This document shows positions 24,224 through 32,917 of a stretch of 32,917 nt of DNA, piece after piece. The translations under genes were made by a program, and so were the position numbers. The notes under the pieces are model-generated. The model was not told where the DNA came from. It saw nothing but the letters and a program-made list of their open reading frames with translations, and ran no database searches. The stretch comes from a bacterium HR36 (GTDB lineage: Bacteria > Planctomycetota > Planctomycetia > Gemmatales > HRBIN36): NCBI GenBank assembly GCA_002898995.1, contig BEIM01000001.1, positions 1-32,917 of the forward strand, given 5' to 3'. Numbering within the stretch: position 1 is the first letter of the stretch; each line of letters opens with the position of its first letter.

Positions 24224-26656
24224 ATGACTCCCGGTAAATCGGCTCTGCCAGCTTATCACTCACCCCCCGCGACTAACTCTACCGGCTCTAATGTTCCCGG
24301 CTCTGTTCACGATGGTGTTCCATCCACCGCGTCCCCGACTCTAGAAATACCTACCCCGGTTTCGCTTGCTGCAGCCCACCAGTTCGTTACTTTGATTAAA
24401 GAAAATCCGTGCTTCATCATCCTGGCTACCGTCTTTCGCGCTGTGCGTAAACGCTGGTTAATAGCCTTGACGGGCGCGTCCTTACTTACCGCCCTAGCCA
24501 TATTCACCATATGGTATTTCATGCCCCCTTCTAAGTTTACAGCTCGAGCCTTGCTCCAGTTTGACTTAATACCTTCCGGTGTAGCAGAATCGCCCCATCA
24601 GCAGTATTATCTTGCCAATTTAACTTCGTTCCAGAAAACTCAAGCCGCCCTGATACGTAGCAGAACCGTATTGCAAGCCGCATTAGCTAAGGCTGAGCTT
24701 CGCAACTTAGAGCTTCTTCAGCGTCAGGCTGATCCACTGGCTTTCCTCGAAACCCAAATCCATGCAGATTTTGGAATCTCTCCGGAAATCATGCGTGTCA
24801 CTATGAGCGGTCAGGAAGGCCAAGCACTGCAAACGATTGTACACGCGGTCGTCCAGGCTTATCTTGCGGAAGTCGCACACAAGGAGCACGCGCAATTACG
24901 CTCTGAATTGGAGCGCATCAAGGATTTGATTGCTCGATACGACGAAAAAATCAGGGCCAAGCAAACTCGTTTGCGGGAATTGGAGCAGGCTGCGGGTTCC
25001 GGTCAGGTACAGACTCTGGAAATTTTTTTACGCGGATACCTCGAACAATTAGATCGCAGCCGACGTGAGTTGGCTGCCCAAGCTCATACGCTGCGACAGC
25101 TTCAAGCTGAGCTGAAGGCACTTCAACCTAAGCTTACTTTAGCGAAAATGGTACTCGGTTCCAGCGAAAATGTATCCTGGTATCTAAAATTGGCTATACC
25201 TTGCATCTTTGAGTACCTAGTTCCTTCGGCGCAGGTAGAACTTAGGTTATGCGAAGAGCCTCAATTCGCCGAAAAAAAGCGCGAGTTGCAAAGGCTCGAG
25301 GCTGAACTCGACGCAGCCTGTGCTCTTTTATCTCCTAATCTATCCAAAGAACGACGCGCCGCTCTTCTCAAGACTAAGCACGAAGCTATTTACGAAGCTC
25401 GTGTTCAGCTCGAGGAATTAGCCCGCCGGCTACGCCCAATGGTTCGACGCCAACTGATTCAAGAGGTTGCCCTTGCTACTGAACAGCGTGTTCGTGAATT
25501 GCGCGATAAACATGTGCAATTAACCGGGTTAGTGGCGCATCTCCAGGAAGAAGTGGAGCATCTGGAAAGACTGATCGCGTCCCTGAAACGCAGTCACCTA
25601 GACCTGCAGTGGCTCAAGGAAGAAATCGAAGCGGATCAACAGGTGGCTAAGAGATTGGCTGCTAGAAAAGACCAACTAGAGATACTGTGTGAGTCCCCTA
25701 CACGTGTGAGGCTTTTCGAGGACGCAGTGATCTTGCCTGCTTACGACAATAAACAACGCTGGCTTTATATCACCATTGCCATAGCAGGCGCCCTCACCTT
25801 CTGGATGGCAGGGCTGGTTGCCTGGGAATGCCGCACTCAACCTATCTATGGGCCGGAGGTATTAGCCGGGAAGGTCAGCGCCCCCGTGCTTGCGTCCCTG
25901 CCGCACACAGAACAGTTCCTCTGCTTACGTTCCGAGGCTTCCGATCCCAATAAACCTCTCCCTTTAGCCTTTAGCCGTTTTGTGGAATCGGTGGATGCGC
26001 TGCGGACCTTGTTGATTCATCTTCTGCAACATGAGTACTCGCAGGTCATTATGGTAAGTAGCGCTGTTCAGGGAGAAGGGAAAACGTCGCTGAGCTGTCA
26101 CTTAGCTGCGTCCCTTGCACGGGCGAGCCGGCGAACTTTATTAGTGGATACGGACCTACGCCGCCCCCGCGCTCACAAGCTGCTGGCTACAGTTCAAGAC
26201 CCAGGTTTGTCGGAAGTGCTTCATGCTCAGCTGGACTGGCGCCAGGCAATTCAATCTGAAATTATTCCTCACCTAGACTTTCTTCCCGCAGGCGCATCGG
26301 TCCATACGGGCGTCCGGCTGTTGAGCCAGGATTATTTTCTCAAATTACTGGAGACATGGCGTAATGACTACGATTTCATCATTCTGGATTCCTCGCCTGT
26401 CTTATTGGTTGCTGATCCGCTAAGTATAGTCCAGGGCGTAGACGCTGTCATTCTCTCCACCATGTATAAAGTCAGCACACTTCCAAGAACCCAGATAGCA
26501 TATCAAAGATTGGTCGCCGTGGGAGCACGCGTCCTCGGGATTGTGGTCAACGGTATATCTCCACGGCAGTATGATTATTATTACGGCGCATATCATTATT
26601 ATTATAACTCTCACTCGCCTAATCCGACGGCCTTACAGTTGTCGGGCAGAGCCTAA
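24224..26656 (+). CDS. Polysaccharide co-polymerase / BY tyrosine autokinase (Wzc/GumC-type)
   Basis: Two TM helices flank a long coiled-coil region. The C-terminal kinase domain has Walker A GEGKTS, Walker A' LVDTDLRRP and Walker B FIILDSSPVL. It ends in a terminal tyrosine cluster, YDYYYGAYHYYY. Confidence 0.85.
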   Translation: MTPGKSALPAYHSPPATNSTGSNVPGSVHDGVPSTASPTLEIPTPVSLAAAHQFVTLIKENPCFIILATVFRAVRKRWLIALTGASLLTALAIFTIWYFMPPSKFTARALLQFDLIPSGVAESPHQQYYLANLTSFQKTQAALIRSRTVLQAALAKAELRNLELLQRQADPLAFLETQIHADFGISPEIMRVTMSGQEGQALQTIVHAVVQAYLAEVAHKEHAQLRSELERIKDLIARYDEKIRAKQTRLRELEQAAGSGQVQTLEIFLRGYLEQLDRSRRELAAQAHTLRQLQAELKALQPKLTLAKMVLGSSENVSWYLKLAIPCIFEYLVPSAQVELRLCEEPQFAEKKRELQRLEAELDAACALLSPNLSKERRAALLKTKHEAIYEARVQLEELARRLRPMVRRQLIQEVALATEQRVRELRDKHVQLTGLVAHLQEEVEHLERLIASLKRSHLDLQWLKEEIEADQQVAKRLAARKDQLEILCESPTRVRLFEDAVILPAYDNKQRWLYITIAIAGALTFWMAGLVAWECRTQPIYGPEVLAGKVSAPVLASLPHTEQFLCLRSEASDPNKPLPLAFSRFVESVDALRTLLIHLLQHEYSQVIMVSSAVQGEGKTSLSCHLAASLARASRRTLLVDTDLRRPRAHKLLATVQDPGLSEVLHAQLDWRQAIQSEIIPHLDFLPAGASVHTGVRLLSQDYFLKLLETWRNDYDFIILDSSPVLLVADPLSIVQGVDAVILSTMYKVSTLPRTQIAYQRLVAVGARVLGIVVNGISPRQYDYYYGAYHYYYNSHSPNPTALQLSGRA

Positions 26657-26706
26657 CACCGCTTCCATTATCAGATATTGCGTATTTCCCTCTCCTAAAT
26701 CTGCTT

Positions 26707-27432
26707 ATGCCTTCACATCGGTTACAGTGGCTTATGGAGTTTCTCGAACACTCACTCGCTCTAGCGCTATTGCTCATGTTCTCGCCGCTTTTAGCAATAA
26801 TCATGATGCTCATCACACTTACTTCGCCAGGACCAGCGATCTACAGGCAGGTGCGCGTCGGGCACAATGGACGACTCTTCACGCTTTTCAAGCTCCGCAC
26901 CATGTATTCTAACTGTGAACAGTTCACAGGCCCTCGCTGGTCAGTTCCAGGTGATCCGCGGGTGACCCCCATAGGCAGGTTTCTGAGAGCCAGCCATCTA
27001 GACGAAATTCCTCAACTCCTGAATGTATTGCATGGTGAAATGGCATTCGTGGGCCCTAGACCAGAGCGCCCGGAATTTGTTATCGTGCTTACAGAAGCGC
27101 TACCTGAGTATACCGGCCGGCTTCGGGTTAAACCAGGCATCACCGGCTTGGCCCAAATTCAGCTACCACCAGACACAGACTTAGTCTCCGTTCAAAAGAA
27201 GCTTACCTGCGACCTCTATTATGTATGGCATCAGAACTTCTGGCTAGATTTGCGAATTCTAATCGCCACTGCCTTGAGAATGTGTAGACTCCCGGTAACT
27301 TGGACATTACATTTGCTCAAACTACCGCGATGGGACTATATCCCGCATCAATACGCTCGATTGTCGCGCTCTCTGACCAACGCCGCCACGGCCTTCTGTG
27401 CGGACCACATTAGCTGCGGAAATCAATTATGA
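26707..27432 (+). CDS. Initiating sugar-phosphate transferase (bacterial sugar transferase family, WbaP/EpsB C-terminal-domain type)
   Basis: PGPAIYRQVRVGHNGRLFTLFKLRTM, DEIPQLLNVLHGEMAFVGPRPERPEF and KPGITGLAQI are recognisable. There is a single N-terminal TM helix. Confidence 0.85.
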   Translation: MPSHRLQWLMEFLEHSLALALLLMFSPLLAIIMMLITLTSPGPAIYRQVRVGHNGRLFTLFKLRTMYSNCEQFTGPRWSVPGDPRVTPIGRFLRASHLDEIPQLLNVLHGEMAFVGPRPERPEFVIVLTEALPEYTGRLRVKPGITGLAQIQLPPDTDLVSVQKKLTCDLYYVWHQNFWLDLRILIATALRMCRLPVTWTLHLLKLPRWDYIPHQYARLSRSLTNAATAFCADHISCGNQL

Positions 27433-28634
27433 TTCGGCTTCTCTATATCACTCATCGTGTCCCTTATCCCTGTGATAAAGGTGAACGCATACGTTGTACA
27501 AATATCTTGCGTGCACTAAGTAACCATGCCTGCGTTGACCTAATTAGCTTAGCTGACGAATTCGTTCATCCTGAGGCCCGCAGCTTTCTCCTTCGTTATG
27601 CTCAAAACTTCTACGTAGTCCCTATTGGAAGGCTAAGCAAATACCTGCGAATGATTTTCGCTTTGTGCTCTGGTCGGTCCCTTTCCGAGCGGGCATTCGC
27701 AGTGCCTAGTGCAAAACAACTGGTGCGAACGTTACTAGACAAGAACCGCTATGACGTCGTGCTGCTGTCCAGCAGCGCAATCTTTCCGCTGGTGGCTGAT
27801 CTGCCACGCCAGGTTCGGCTTATAGCGGATATAATGGACGTGGACAGCCGGAAGTGGCGCGCTTATGCACATGGTTCATTTTGGTTTCGCCCGTTGTATT
27901 TGCGTGAAAGCACTTTAGTAGGTAGACTAGAACGGAGTATTGTGAATAGAGCGCATGCCGTGATAGTAACCACCTTGAAAGAGTTAGAATATCTTCCTTC
28001 TGGATCATCCTACAAACTGGCGGTTGGAAACGGCGTGGACTGTGGGTTCTTTGCTCCACGGACTTGGCCAAGTGAATGCTTGGCCCGGCTGGCTTTTTTA
28101 GGAACATTGGATTATTGGCCCAATATAGATGCTATATCTCGGTTCGTTAATGCTATCTGGCCTCATGTCCGAAAGTCGCTCCCACAGGCTACATTTAATA
28201 TCGCCGGCCGGAGACCCAGCACTCATGTGCTCCGGCTAGCGCAAGCGCCTGGCGTCAATCTGTATAGAGACGTTCCCGATGTTAGACCAATTCTCGATCA
28301 GTGTGGGCTGGCTGTCTTTCCATTGAAACTCGTATTTGGTATTCCCAACAAGGTTCTTGAGGCCATGGCGATGGCACGCCTATGCATTATCCCTCCCGAA
28401 ATCGCCAGCATAATTGGTGGGCAAGCTGGCGTACATTATTTGGTTGCGAACACAGCCGAAGAATGGTTGCACCACATCCTTGAAGCACAATCTAACCCTG
28501 TCACCGCGGATAGAATTGGACAGAATGCCCGAAACTTTGTTGCAGAATGCTATTCGTGGGATATACAACTAAGACGCCTAATCGAGTTTATCCTGATCAG
28601 ACAAGCCCAGCTACAGGTGGCGCAATATGTATAG
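27429..28634 (+). CDS. Glycosyltransferase family 4 (GT-B fold)
   Basis: MIRLLYITHRVPYPCDKGERIR is an N-terminus typical of the EPS-associated GT4 subgroup. The C-terminal segment GIPNKVLEAMAMARLCII resembles the EX7E region. The ATGA start overlaps the upstream stop. Confidence 0.75.
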   Translation: MIRLLYITHRVPYPCDKGERIRCTNILRALSNHACVDLISLADEFVHPEARSFLLRYAQNFYVVPIGRLSKYLRMIFALCSGRSLSERAFAVPSAKQLVRTLLDKNRYDVVLLSSSAIFPLVADLPRQVRLIADIMDVDSRKWRAYAHGSFWFRPLYLRESTLVGRLERSIVNRAHAVIVTTLKELEYLPSGSSYKLAVGNGVDCGFFAPRTWPSECLARLAFLGTLDYWPNIDAISRFVNAIWPHVRKSLPQATFNIAGRRPSTHVLRLAQAPGVNLYRDVPDVRPILDQCGLAVFPLKLVFGIPNKVLEAMAMARLCIIPPEIASIIGGQAGVHYLVANTAEEWLHHILEAQSNPVTADRIGQNARNFVAECYSWDIQLRRLIEFILIRQAQLQVAQYV

Positions 28635-29553
28635 AGGCCATGCGACGTCCCTAGTCGCTATGGATCATCAGCCCGAACAATTTCCAGCTCGTCCTGATAA
28701 TTATTGTCGCGAGCCGCAGCGGGAAACTCAAGCGAATACCGTTAGAATCGAAGCTGGCTATCTCCCATCTCTTTGGGCATACTTCCGAGAACTACTCGCT
28801 TACCGGGAGTTGCTCCACTTTCTGGTATGGCGGGATGTACTCATTAGGTACCGGCGCACCTTGCTTGGCGTAGCCTGGTTAGTGCTCCAGCCACTGCTGC
28901 AGGCCGCTATTGTGTGGTGGCTCGTGGCTTCCCGTTTTGGTCAGAACAATCTCAAGTTGCCCGCCTTGATTCACGTCGTGTTGGGAACAACCTTATGGCT
29001 CTATAGTGCAAATACTGTACTTTCTTCCGTACATCATCTCAGTACCAATGCTCACCTTATCACCAAGGTGTACTTCCCTCGAGCCCTTTTGGTACTGGCC
29101 CCTGCCGTAACGCATTTTCTGGACCTGGGACTGATGACCGCTTTCATTGTAGCTGTGTTAGCTTTCCACGGTCTTGTTCACACAAACGTATGGCTCTTAG
29201 TTATGTGCTATGTCGGGACAATTGTGTATACACAAGGGCCAGCATTGATAGCCGGTGGCCTAGCCGCGCGATATCGAGATATAAAACACATGGCTCCCTA
29301 CTTCATGCAACTGTGGTTTTTTAGTACGCCCGCAATTTATTTGCCACATCTAATGCAAGATCCTGGCCTAATTATTGCTGTGGGATTCTTCAATCCTTTG
29401 AACTCCTGGGTGTTGTTGTCGAACGCCATAGTAGAACGTGCACCCATGCTCCCCTTGGTCTGGATAACTGCGGTTGTGTCCAGCAATCTGTGGTGCCTGC
29501 TCGGCTACTGGATATTTATTCGACTAGAACAAAACTTAGCAGACCATATCTAA
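28627..29553 (+). CDS. ABC-2 type polysaccharide export permease (Wzm/KpsM/TagG-like)
   Basis: ELLAYRELLHFLVWRDVLIRYRRTLLGVAWLVLQPLL is the typical ABC-2 N-terminal motif, and ~6 TM segments follow. It overlaps the upstream gene by 8 nt. ATG 28660 is an alternative start. Confidence 0.75.
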   Translation: MYRGHATSLVAMDHQPEQFPARPDNYCREPQRETQANTVRIEAGYLPSLWAYFRELLAYRELLHFLVWRDVLIRYRRTLLGVAWLVLQPLLQAAIVWWLVASRFGQNNLKLPALIHVVLGTTLWLYSANTVLSSVHHLSTNAHLITKVYFPRALLVLAPAVTHFLDLGLMTAFIVAVLAFHGLVHTNVWLLVMCYVGTIVYTQGPALIAGGLAARYRDIKHMAPYFMQLWFFSTPAIYLPHLMQDPGLIIAVGFFNPLNSWVLLSNAIVERAPMLPLVWITAVVSSNLWCLLGYWIFIRLEQNLADHI

Positions 29554-29559
29554 TTACAC

Positions 29560-30849
29560 ATGGCTGGACTGATTGCAGCATACATTGCCTGCACCCTGGC
29601 TGTAACGATCGGAGTCCTATACCCATACGTGGCTTTGCTCGTGTATGTGGCTTTTGCAATAGTTAAGCCGGCCGAAATGTGGTTTTGGTCGTTGGCAGGA
29701 ACGCACCTAAGTTCTATAACCTTCTCTGGATTGGCTGTAGGCTGGCTACTGCGCGGACTAGCAGATTGGCGTTTAGGCCAAGCATGGGCACCCATGCTTG
29801 CGTTAGTATTCTTCTGGATGTGGGGTTGGATTTCATGGTGCAATAGTACCGATCCCTCGCTGGCACCTTTCCTGCCAGGATTATATATCACGGGGAGCCA
29901 CACTGACAATGATCTCAGCCTGGATAATCTCCTTCATTTAGGAAAGATCGTAGTACCTTGTTTTATTGGCATTACGTTACTCGACTCAGAAAAAAAAGTG
30001 CTTGGACTGCTTTACACTATAATACTAAGCCAGGGCTACGTTGCCTGGGAAATGAATCTCGCCTATCTAATTGAAGGGTACAACCGCATCCGCCTCGACG
30101 GTTTTGCTGGCCTCGATAACAATAGTATTGCAGTTTCGCTGGTGACCTGTTGCTTACCCGCTTTTTTATCCGCATATTATTGCACGTCTACATTCTTCCG
30201 TCTAGCTCTGGCAGCCTCTGGCTTGCTCATTCTTCATGCGATTCTCCTAACATTTTCAAGAGGAGGAATGGTCGCCCTAATAATATCATTCATTACCGCC
30301 ATTCTTGTCATGAGAGGCGGATGGAAAAAGTATGCATTCGTGTGCCCCCTTATTGTAATAACTGTTGCCCTATGTGGTTCAGAGGTATGGGATCGCTTTC
30401 TGACCATATTTCTTCCCACAGAAGAATTGGATCCTGCTGCCAGAAGCCGGCTCGAACTATGGACAGATTGCTTAGACGTGATGGTAAGGTTTCCACTGTT
30501 CGGCGTCGGACCTGAAAACTGGACCAGGATCGCTGCCGCCTATGGGTGGCCTCCTGGAAAAGAGGCACACTCCCTTTGGTTGCAAACCGGCGCGGAATTA
30601 GGCCTTCCAGGGCTAGCAGCTATCCTCGGCTATTACCTAATCAGCGGTTTTCGCCTCTACTCTATAAGAGGTGATAACCGTCAGATGAACAGCATTCGTG
30701 ATGCTGTCTTGGTTGGGTTGGGTGGATTTATTGTGTCCGCCCAATTTGTAAGTCTGGAATTGTTGGAAACACCTTATTATCTCACCCTCTGTGGACTGGG
30801 AATTATCAAACGTGTCTCTCAGCGGCGATTTACTTTTGGAGAAATATGA
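29560..30849 (+). CDS. O-antigen ligase / polymerase family (Wzy_C domain) integral membrane protein
   Basis: Polytopic membrane protein carrying LLTFSRGGMVALIISF and AHSLWLQTGAELGLPGL, both characteristic of the Wzy_C/WaaL family. Confidence 0.75.
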   Translation: MAGLIAAYIACTLAVTIGVLYPYVALLVYVAFAIVKPAEMWFWSLAGTHLSSITFSGLAVGWLLRGLADWRLGQAWAPMLALVFFWMWGWISWCNSTDPSLAPFLPGLYITGSHTDNDLSLDNLLHLGKIVVPCFIGITLLDSEKKVLGLLYTIILSQGYVAWEMNLAYLIEGYNRIRLDGFAGLDNNSIAVSLVTCCLPAFLSAYYCTSTFFRLALAASGLLILHAILLTFSRGGMVALIISFITAILVMRGGWKKYAFVCPLIVITVALCGSEVWDRFLTIFLPTEELDPAARSRLELWTDCLDVMVRFPLFGVGPENWTRIAAAYGWPPGKEAHSLWLQTGAELGLPGLAAILGYYLISGFRLYSIRGDNRQMNSIRDAVLVGLGGFIVSAQFVSLELLETPYYLTLCGLGIIKRVSQRRFTFGEI

Positions 30850-31874
30850 TGCCACAAGTGCGACTCGGCATCGTTGGTCTCGGCTACTGGGCCAAGAACT
30901 ATATTCGCATACTTTCAGAAAAGAATGACGCCGTAATCGCCGCCATTTGTGATTGCGACCCAGCCAAGCTGCGTGCTTGGAGTGATCGATTACCATACGC
31001 ACAGGCCTATTCAGTTCCGCAAGAGCTTTTTTGCAGCAATCTGGATGGCGTTATTATAACCACTCCGGCATCTACCCATTACAGTCTAGTCCTTCAAGCC
31101 CTCAGAAACCGCCTTCCGATCCTAGTTGAAAAACCATTGACCCTTGGGAGCCGAGAAGCTGACATTATTTGCAACGTGGCACGTGAATATAACGTTCCTT
31201 TATTAGTGGGACACACCTATTTATTTGCGGAACCTATACGTAAACTGCGAGAAATGCTGGAACAGCAGGTTATCGGGAAAGTGAAGTACATTTTTAGTCT
31301 CCGCGCTAACCTGGGCATAATTCGCCAGGATTGTAACGTCATCTGGGACTTGGCACCTCACGACATTGCTATTTTGCTATATCTGCTGAAAACGCACCCG
31401 CTTCGCCTGCGCACAGTTACTGGCTGCCGTAGAACCCCCGACAAGGATCACGCTGTACTGGGCTTGGAATTTCCTGGCGACGTCATCGCCTGTGTCAGCG
31501 TATCCTGGTTATGGCCTGAAAAAATTAGGAAACTGACAGTTGTCGGCACGAAAGGTGCTATATGCTACGAAGATAAAGGATTTGACTCACCACTGTACCT
31601 GTATCACTGGCCGGAGGAAGTTGTGGAAAATTTACCTATTTACAATGTGCCCTTCGAAAAACTTAACCCTACCATTATTCCCATGCCTCAGAGGGAACCA
31701 CTGAGCCAACTTCTCGATCATTTTCTTCGGTGCATAGCTAAAAAGGAGCAATCCCTCAGCAATGCAAGATTTGGAGCGGAAGTTGTAAGAATCTTAGAAA
31801 AGATCTGCGGAAACCAAAGCGAAAAACACTTAGTGAAGGAATTTGTGAGAGGATACCACAATGGCAGTGCATAG
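30846..31874 (+). CDS. Gfo/Idh/MocA-family NAD-dependent sugar-nucleotide oxidoreductase (WbpB-like)
   Basis: Rossmann N-terminus [15 protein letters not shown], and LVEKPL. The ATGA start overlaps the upstream stop. Confidence 0.8.
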   Translation: MMPQVRLGIVGLGYWAKNYIRILSEKNDAVIAAICDCDPAKLRAWSDRLPYAQAYSVPQELFCSNLDGVIITTPASTHYSLVLQALRNRLPILVEKPLTLGSREADIICNVAREYNVPLLVGHTYLFAEPIRKLREMLEQQVIGKVKYIFSLRANLGIIRQDCNVIWDLAPHDIAILLYLLKTHPLRLRTVTGCRRTPDKDHAVLGLEFPGDVIACVSVSWLWPEKIRKLTVVGTKGAICYEDKGFDSPLYLYHWPEEVVENLPIYNVPFEKLNPTIIPMPQREPLSQLLDHFLRCIAKKEQSLSNARFGAEVVRILEKICGNQSEKHLVKEFVRGYHNGSA

Positions 31875-32403
31875 GAATATCTCGATGATTCAATGGTACT
31901 CCCATAAACCTTGCGGCATTGCTGATGACGTAATATTAGGACAAGATGTCGTGATTTATGGTCTGGCAAACCTGTATGGCTGCACCATCGGTGACGGAAC
32001 CCGCATCGGTCCCTTTGTTGAAATTCAGCGAAATGTCAGGATCGGAAGATTGTGTAAGATACAAAGCCACACGTTTATATGCGAGGGGGTGATTATCGAA
32101 GATGAGGTGTTTATAGGGCACGGTGTCATGTTCATTAATGACCTCTGGCCTCGAGCGACAATCAACGGTCGCTTGCAGGGTCCCAGTGATTGGCAAATGA
32201 AAGAAACTTATGTATGCAAACGGGCAAGTATAGGGAGCGGAGCAATTATTCTCGGAGGTATCCGCATCGGCGAAGAAGCAATGATTGGGGCCGGCGCTGT
32301 GGTGACTCGTGATGTTCCTCCAGGCACCATAGTTGCGGGGGTACCTGCTCGATTTGTCGGTGTGACCCCAGAACATAAAGCTCTAAGCAGGGGGAGCATA
32401 TGA
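31861..32403 (+). CDS. Left-handed beta-helix (hexapeptide-repeat) N-acetyltransferase (WbpD-like)
   Basis: Hexapeptide repeats ([38 protein letters not shown]) and C-terminal [18 protein letters not shown] 31885 is an alternative start. Confidence 0.8.
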   Translation: MAVHRNISMIQWYSHKPCGIADDVILGQDVVIYGLANLYGCTIGDGTRIGPFVEIQRNVRIGRLCKIQSHTFICEGVIIEDEVFIGHGVMFINDLWPRATINGRLQGPSDWQMKETYVCKRASIGSGAIILGGIRIGEEAMIGAGAVVTRDVPPGTIVAGVPARFVGVTPEHKALSRGSI

Positions 32404-32917
32404 ATCTGCTTTCTCAACCGATACAGTTGCTTCCGCTTGTTGATGTGGTGGCCCAGTACCAGTGTCTGAGCTGGCGATTGGATCAGGCAGTGCTTAGCGT
32501 CTTAGGAAAAGGTAAATACGTCCTAGGCCCTGAGGTGCAACAATTTGAGGAGACCTTTGCGAGTTACACGGGTGCGCGACACTGTATCACTGTTAGCTCG
32601 GGCACTGCAGGGCTTCAACTTGCGTTGCGCGCCTGCGGTATAGGCCCAGGAGATGAAGTAATAGTTCCGGCTCTAAGCTTTTTTGCCACTGCATCGGCGG
32701 TGTCGCATGCTGGTGCCACTCCGGTTTTCTGCGATGTAGAGTGGGAGAGTACATGTTTAGATGTAAAAAAGATAAGCGACCTCATTACGCCAAGAACGGC
32801 GGGTATCATTGCTGTGCATTTATATGGACGAGCTCACGGCATTACGGAGTTGCAACGGATAGCTAAAAAACATCGCTTAATTCTTCTCGAAGATTGTTGC
32901 CAGGCGCACGGAGCACG
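32400..32917 (+). CDS. DegT/DnrJ/EryC1-family PLP-dependent sugar aminotransferase (WbpE-like), 3' end outside the window
   Basis: Not in the ORF track because no stop falls inside the window. Hand translation from ATG 32400 (ATGA overlap) gives [20 protein letters not shown]...[59 protein letters not shown]...VHLYGRAH...[11 protein letters not shown]. Confidence 0.85.
   Translation, partial: MNLLSQPIQLLPLVDVVAQYQCLSWRLDQAVLSVLGKGKYVLGPEVQQFEETFASYTGARHCITVSSGTAGLQLALRACGIGPGDEVIVPALSFFATASAVSHAGATPVFCDVEWESTCLDVKKISDLITPRTAGIIAVHLYGRAHGITELQRIAKKHRLILLEDCCQAHGA

Noticed and set aside
26567-26614. AT-rich tattat/attatt run that looks like a microsatellite.
   Set aside because: It is in frame within the Wzc-like gene and encodes the C-terminal tyrosine cluster (YDYYYGAYHYYY) expected of BY-kinases.
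1-32917. Scan for CRISPR arrays, rRNA genes, IS elements, toxin-antitoxin pairs or known defence-system genes.
   Set aside because: I saw no regularly spaced direct repeats, no transposase, integrase or nuclease-like ORFs, and no rRNA-like sequence. I did not see long-range repeats by eye, but manual inspection cannot exclude them.

Overview
This looks like a chromosomal segment from a moderately GC-rich bacterium. Gene content suggests Planctomycetota (DUF1573-type protein, PL10-like lyase, tetrahaem c554-like fusion protein, ExeA-like ATPase), but I cannot verify that here.

The left ~23 kb is mostly housekeeping. It holds a 5'-truncated radical SAM/SPASM gene, a Cys-type formate dehydrogenase alpha subunit, a G3E (CobW-like) GTPase and a secreted PL10-like lyase. 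It also holds ligA, ndk, rho, thyX, tRNA-Sec (selC), a sugar-phosphate isomerase and tRNA-Leu(GAG). A small-membrane-protein/DUF1573/tetrahaem-cytochrome operon follows, then glyQS, folD, an ExeA-like AAA+ ATPase with a degenerate kinase-like partner, murB and an FtsQ-like gene.

From ~23.2 kb to the right edge there is a visibly lower-GC, tightly packed, single-strand polysaccharide locus with overlapping start/stop codons. Its order is: NusG paralog, Wzc-type chain-length/tyrosine-kinase protein, initiating sugar transferase, GT4 glycosyltransferase, ABC-2 (Wzm-like) permease, Wzy/WaaL-like protein, then an oxidoreductase/acetyltransferase/aminotransferase trio. The last gene runs off the window.

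The points most worth a second look are:
- a single in-frame TAG that splits an otherwise intact ligA;
- selC sitting near a formate dehydrogenase that uses Cys rather than Sec;
- an ExeA-like ATPase paired with a protein that reads as a catalytically dead copy of the Wzc kinase domain, separated from the main polysaccharide locus by murB and an FtsQ-like gene;
- a dedicated NusG-family factor heading the low-GC polysaccharide locus;
- a tetrahaem cytochrome fused to a degenerate 5'-nucleotidase-like domain.

I saw no CRISPR array, rRNA, transposase or integrase. All product calls rest on motifs recognised by eye, and no searches were run. Several starts were moved from the ORF-track coordinates on the basis of RBS or conserved N-termini.
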